Part shown: positions 60,101-64,000 of the stretch, piece after piece
How the letters are laid out: the number at the start of each line of letters is the position of its first letter
Position numbering within the stretch: the stretch's first letter is position 1
Assembly (NCBI RefSeq): GCF_963676685.1
Contig: NC_092352.1
Location: 28,396,001-28,460,000, forward strand
DNA length: 64,000 bases
Source: Mytilus edulis
Taxonomy: Eukaryota
Reading direction: 5' to 3'
Made by a program: the position numbers and the translations under genes
The notes under the pieces: model-generated
Told to the model about the DNA's origin: nothing
Databases searched by the model: none
The model's input: only the letters and a program-made list of their open reading frames with translations

Positions 60101-61159
60101 ATCAACGAAAATTGGTATTAATCGAAGACAAATTAATCCACAGAAGGTTTGGCAATAATGAATATTGATGCTGATTTGTTGGTAATAACCTCGTTTTAAT
60201 ATTGAACATTAATGTCTCAAAAACCTGAAAAACAAATCTTCAGTTCAGGTGCAATAAAATTAATTAAATAAACGTCTGTCGATCTGTGCATCTGGCTATT
60301 GACTTAGACTTAGATCTGGCACAAGACACCAATTATTGTCTGGTAGAATGTAGTTTTTGTTTCGTTTTGTTATCTTTTACATGTACGTTCTACTGTGATC
60401 AGATTAAACATGGAGACATCTATAATATTACTAGTGCATCATAAACGAAACCAGTCTTTCGTTTCATGTGGAAATTAGTATACTGTTTTTATTTGACACA
60501 TATATATCTGTATATATCAACAACTATATTTATTCAACATAAAATCTGATCTATAGCAAAACCACCATAGACAACTCACATTGTATATTGCAATTTTGTT
60601 GTACAATAACAAAAGTATAAAGTTTCCTTATTTTAGTTTCCGTTCATTATATTTTATAACGATTTCATTTCGGAAATTAACAATTGAACAGTTAAAAAAT
60701 AAGGAAGAAATTTAATGAAACGATTCATAAAAAAAACTCATATGTCACCGGCGAATTATTGATTAGAATATCTTTTGGATTCCCAAGGTTTAAATCTACT
60801 AATGTTGATATATATAGATATTGATTATATACACGAGAATAAACTTAGTTCATAATATAGTGTAGTATTCCGTAAAGTTACCATTACTATAATATTGATA
60901 AAAATAGAACCATATACATTTAGTTCACTACCTGTTAATAACGTTTAGCATGACAATGTCAACAAATGCCCCTACTCACCCTCGGACGTTTCCATATAAC
61001 GCTCCGTACTCCTGAAATCCGAGGCTGTGCGCCGGAGAACGTTAGTGAGGAGGTACCAGGTGAAAAATCAGGATCCACAAATAGTTTGTTATTCCGAAGA
61101 AGTTCACTTTTAAGTCCTAAATAATCTTCTTGTCTTACGAGCCCCCTAGGTAAACTCAT
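39105..61159 (-). CDS. Classical calpain, copy B (complete; 20 coding exons, 684 aa; CysPc-CBSW-PEF)
   Basis: Exons join in frame with GT-AG boundaries; total 2055 nt from ATG (61159) to TGA (39105). Motifs QGVLGNCW (Cys), GHAYS (His), RLRNPWG (Asn), DDGEFW, AGGC, NPQF, IPSTF; EF-hand loops [12 protein letters not shown] and [12 protein letters not shown]. Orthology to a numbered CAPN cannot be assigned without a phylogeny. Confidence 0.95.
39477..39544 (-). CDS. Calpain B exon 19 (degenerate EF5)
   Basis: tttag|..[22 protein letters not shown]|gtaagt; 68 nt, phase 1 to 0. Confidence 0.88.
40182..40298 (-). CDS. Calpain B exon 18 (EF4)
   Basis: [38 protein letters not shown]; 117 nt. Confidence 0.92.
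40341..40402. mobile_element. Tiny MITE (CATTGGCGGATCCAG...CTGGATCCACC) with G/C runs
   Basis: Inverted ends, duplicated AAGAT; empty site in copy A at ~590. Confidence 0.65.
42105..42183 (-). CDS. Calpain B exon 17 (EF3)
   Basis: [26 protein letters not shown]; 79 nt. Confidence 0.92.
42544..42612 (-). CDS. Calpain B exon 16 (EF2)
   Basis: [23 protein letters not shown]; 69 nt. Confidence 0.92.
42613..42980 (-). other. U12-type GT-AG intron 15, copy B
   Basis: 5' splice site GTATCCTTT; branch site TCCTTAAC at 42623-42630. Confidence 0.93.
42981..43042 (-). CDS. Calpain B exon 15
   Basis: [20 protein letters not shown]; 62 nt. Confidence 0.92.
43122..43375 (+). mobile_element. Interspersed repeat family AAGATGTGGTATGATTGCCAATGAGACAAC (other copies ~5630, 18395, 22862, 28525, 49375, 57105, 62540)
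   Basis: At least 8 dispersed copies in both orientations, with paralog-specific presence or absence. Confidence 0.8.
44263..44380 (-). CDS. Calpain B exon 14 (EF1)
   Basis: [39 protein letters not shown]; 118 nt. Confidence 0.92.
45084..45114 (-). CDS. Calpain B exon 13 (31-nt linker exon)
   Basis: [10 protein letters not shown], donor gtaagt. Confidence 0.88.
46068..46285 (-). CDS. Calpain B exon 12
   Basis: LRAFQRRP...[22 protein letters not shown]...; 218 nt. Confidence 0.95.
46793..46941 (-). CDS. Calpain B exon 11
   Basis: [14 protein letters not shown]...AIGFDVYK; 149 nt. Confidence 0.94.
47714..48486. mobile_element. Kolobok-like element (TTAA TSD) in copy B intron 10
   Basis: TIR GGATGTA....TCTGA; TTAA on both sides; absent from copy A. 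Confidence 0.8.
48719..48806 (-). CDS. Calpain B exon 10
   Basis: [29 protein letters not shown]; 88 nt. Confidence 0.93.
48990..49140. repeat. (GAT)n-rich tract and 21-bp tandem repeats
   Basis: ATAATG(T/G)TGTGAGCACTGCAT-like units. Confidence 0.75.
49573..49666 (-). CDS. Calpain B exon 9
   Basis: [31 protein letters not shown]; 94 nt. Confidence 0.93.
49691..50062. repeat. 26-bp minisatellite, ~14 copies (AAAAATGTATCACACAATACTCAACC)
   Basis: Direct inspection; explains the three overlapping repetitive ORFs. Confidence 0.95.
50419..50496 (-). CDS. Calpain B exon 8
   Basis: [25 protein letters not shown](W); 78 nt. Confidence 0.93.
50585..51507 (+). mobile_element. HINE/DINE-1-like (non-autonomous Helentron-type) element
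   Basis: 5' AGGTCTTTCCAC..GTGGAAAGACCT hairpin, 3' sub-TIR GTGGAAAGACCT followed by stem-loop CAATTGTTC-TCT-GAACAATTG, T-rich ends; empty site in copy A at ~20510. Confidence 0.75.
52002..52087 (-). CDS. Calpain B exon 7 (catalytic Asn)
   Basis: [28 protein letters not shown]; 86 nt. Confidence 0.95.
52166..52571. mobile_element. ~400-bp MITE in copy B intron 6
   Basis: TIR ATCATTTTCATAACAGC(A/G)TGGACAA. Confidence 0.7.
52951..53037 (-). CDS. Calpain B exon 6 (catalytic His)
   Basis: [29 protein letters not shown]; 87 nt. Confidence 0.93.
53599..53776 (-). CDS. Calpain B exon 5
   Basis: [11 protein letters not shown]...SLMGASIH; 178 nt. Confidence 0.95.
54672..54825 (-). CDS. Calpain B exon 4
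   Basis: [12 protein letters not shown]...[15 protein letters not shown]; 154 nt. Confidence 0.95.
55150..55575 (-). repeat. Homologous 51-bp exon-3-end repeat (copy B), interrupted by TE fragments
   Basis: Units encode [17 protein letters not shown]; most donors mutated. Confidence 0.85.
55526..55627 (-). CDS. Calpain B exon 3 (catalytic Cys)
   Basis: [33 protein letters not shown]; 102 nt. Confidence 0.93.
55785..55965. repeat. Degenerate (CAT)n microsatellite
   Basis: Direct inspection. Confidence 0.8.
56642..56711 (-). CDS. Calpain B exon 2
   Basis: [23 protein letters not shown](G); 70 nt. Confidence 0.93.
60980..61159 (-). CDS. Calpain B exon 1
   Basis: MSLPRG...WKRPR, donor gtgagt; 180 nt. 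Confidence 0.9.
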
Positions 61160-61221
61160 AATTATATGTCAATATCCTTTAGGCAAACAGGTAAAGCGTT
61201 TCCTCTGGGCTACACCGGTCT

Positions 61222-61259
61222 TATGTGAAAGCAGTATTTTAAATTATGCAATTTATATA
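61222..61259 (-). promoter_or_regulatory. TATA box + Inr-like core promoter, copy B
   Basis: TATAAA (61257-61252) begins 31 nt upstream of the TCA at 61226. Confidence 0.55.
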
Positions 61260-61557
61260 TATTTACTTTACAATTCATACTGCATATTAACGCTAACGAA
61301 TCCACACTGTCACACGGATGAAAGACTGAACTTGGATTTAAATATAAAAAAGAAAGGTAGAGAGGTCCCATAGAGGTTGGTCGTAAATAACCAATATTGT
61401 GTAGATATATGCGTTTGTCCTGCTTGTTTACCTCCCAGTTGTTATAATAATGTTATAATTTTCTATATTTTATAGACGGACATAAATCCAAACAAAAGGT
61501 ATAAACATAATAAATGATACATCTTATTTATACAATAGAAGATAAATGATATGGAAA

Positions 61558-61808
61558 GATTTCGCTCTGCATTGGTATCATATACTATTAAAGTATGTCT
61601 TTAAAACTTCGATGTGTAATGGTATGATATGTATCTTTAAAATTTCGCTCTGCATTGGTATCATACTATTAAAGTATGTCTTTAAAACTTCGATGTGTAA
61701 TGGTATGATATGTATCTTTAAAATTTCGCTCTGCATTGGTATCATATACTATTAAAGTATGTTTTTAAAACTTCGATGTGTAATGGTATGATATATTTCT
61801 TTAAAATT
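61558..61808. repeat. ~81-bp tandem repeat x3 upstream of copy B
   Basis: Unit TTTCGCTCTGCATTGGTATCATACTATTAAAGTATG...; not amplified in copy A. Confidence 0.9.
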
Positions 61809-64000
61809 TAGATATGCAGTGGTATGGTGTATGTCTATAAGTAGGGTGTGCATTGGTATGGTGTTTGTCTTTATAGTTTAAAGTATCACTATAACTAACT
61901 GACAATTTCGTTGTTTTTTTTTTTGTTTTTTTTTTTTAAAGTTTTTACATAATAAGATAGAACCTTTTTGTGGTTAATTATATAGTAAATACTTATCAAC
62001 ATTTCCTTATCAGTGATAAGTGCACCATAGACGTATCCCAACTGTTGCCTTCTATTCCTGGAAATCAAGGTATCTAACAGTTTAATTAAAAAGTATGATC
62101 ACGCAATTCAATAGAGGTCTGATTTTTTATGAGATTGGGTATCTAGATAACTGTTCCAATAATTAATTTCTGGACGATACAAGGACAGCATATGTTGTTT
62201 ATCGCTTGATAACGTCTGCACAACACCAAACAAGGTAATGTCGCGATGAGGGTCACATTAATAATTCCCCTCCTGGTTTAAAACTGCGTTTCTGTGGGTG
62301 CCAATATGAATAACAAACTAAATACAAACTATTTGTATTTTTATCCATCTGATGAGTCAAGCCTTTTCAACTGTTATACCACTGTTCCAGGTTAGGTAAG
62401 GGTTGGGATCCCGCTAACATGTTTAACCCCACCATATTCTCTATGTATGTGCCTTTCCAAAGTCAGGAGCCTATAATTAAGTGGTTGTCGTTTTTTTATA
62501 TGTTACATACCGGTAATTGTTTTTCGTTCATTTTTTAACATAAATTAGGCCGTCCCTTTTCTCGTTTGAATTGTTTTTTCAGTGTCATTTCAGGGCCTTT
62601 TATAGCTGACTATGCGGTATGGGCTTTGCTCATTGTTACAGGATATACGGTAGAGACTAGTAGTTGTTTATTTCTGTGTCATTTTAGTCTGTTGTGGAGA
62701 GTTGTCTCATTGGCAATCATACCACATCTTCTTTTTTATACTCATTGGTTGTGAGTATAAAAAAAAACCAATTCATAGCGATTATTCAAATGACGTTTGT
62801 TAAAGGTTGGAACTTTCTCTCAATAATAGGTAATGAATTAAATTAATTAACAGCACTGGGATATGCTGTCACACCGTACTTTCACGTTGTTTCAGTGGCA
62901 CATGTCTCTCTCTCCTCGAGGTGAGACCAAAATATCAGACTGTAGAAAATAAACTGCGGCTGAACAGAACATACGATTTGATATTCACCAAAGATCACTG
63001 AATTGCGTTAATGTAAGCTATAATAGTCATTTCAATCCTCTCCACACCATTACATGACAGATTATATACTTGATTTTCTGCACAATTTCACAATTTAACG
63101 ACAAATAAAACTGTTTACGTAATTATTTGTGCGTAGGAACGGACAAGAATTTACAAGAAAAAGATTACGTTTTTAGTTGTTCTCAGACACCAATTTTAGC
63201 TATGAATTAACTTCCTTTGAAAATGATTTTACAAATGGCATGAATTATATAACTGAAAAATATTATATAAAGTTTAAAACAAAACCAATGTAACATGCTT
63301 TATATAGCACATTTCGTTTCGCCTATGTATGGTATAATGACACACTTCATTTTTCTTAATGAAGTGTGAATGAAGTGTAAATTGGTATCAATATGAACTT
63401 TTTGTAAAAACCCCAGCGTCATGAAGTTTTTTAAAGGGACATTAGCTGGCAAATTCATGTTCACCGATTTGTCTGAAATTCACATAGTTGATTTATAAAA
63501 TACTTAAACGTATATCTAAATGACAAAAAAATATCATAAACGAATAACAATGCATGAACTCGATAAAAGGTATCAGCATTTCGTGTAATTTTGGTTAACT
63601 TAAATGTCATAATTAACAATCGAGGTGACCTCCAAGCCGACTGTCATATCATCCGAAATGAACATAAATATAAATAGATAACGACCACGTGCAATTTGAT
63701 TTAACTAGGTCTGTTTGATTTCATATTGTAGGTGACTGTATAAGAATGATCTTTTGGGGGATCGAATCATATACTGTCACATTTATACAGCGGTACCTGT
63801 CGCTCCCGGAGATGCGACCAAAAATAAAATCACCCTTTAGAAATTAAAGCTTTATAATAAAAATAGGAAGACGTGGTATGATTGTAAGTGAGACAAATCA
63901 GTCAATTATCTAAATGTGGGTAAATTTGTAAGAGTATTGTTGAAAGCCTCCGACAAAGGTTCTACTAAAGGCATTGATTTTAAACAGACAACTCGAAATT

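Overview
AT-rich eukaryotic DNA, probably bivalve; the interspersed repeats resemble families I associate with Mytilus (inference). The window holds two head-to-tail paralogous classical calpain genes on the minus strand (CysPc protease core, CBSW/C2-like domain III, penta-EF-hand domain IV). I reconstructed both exon by exon using GT-AG boundaries and consistent phases. Copy B is complete: 20 coding exons, 61159-39105, 2055 nt, 684 aa. Copy A shows exons 1-18 (31216-443); exons 19-20 lie beyond the window start. Both keep the Cys/His/Asn triad, a U12-type intron 15 and a TATA+Inr-like core promoter. Introns and 5' flanks are still alignable, so each paralog supplies the empty site for the other's insertions (TTAA-TSD Kolobok-like elements, 8-bp-TSD MITEs, a HINE-like element, SINE/LINE fragments, foldbacks). 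Most unusual features: (1) a tandem array that repeats the 3' end of the catalytic-Cys exon together with its splice donor, giving copy A a ladder of in-frame alternative donors; (2) a TTCCTGGAA (STAT/GAS-type) module amplified upstream of copy A and copied again, with its flanking upstream DNA, into intron 1, whereas copy B amplified a different CCAAT-containing unit; (3) a candidate 18-nt microexon present in both copies. Most ORF-track entries outside the exons and the LINE fragment are spurious.
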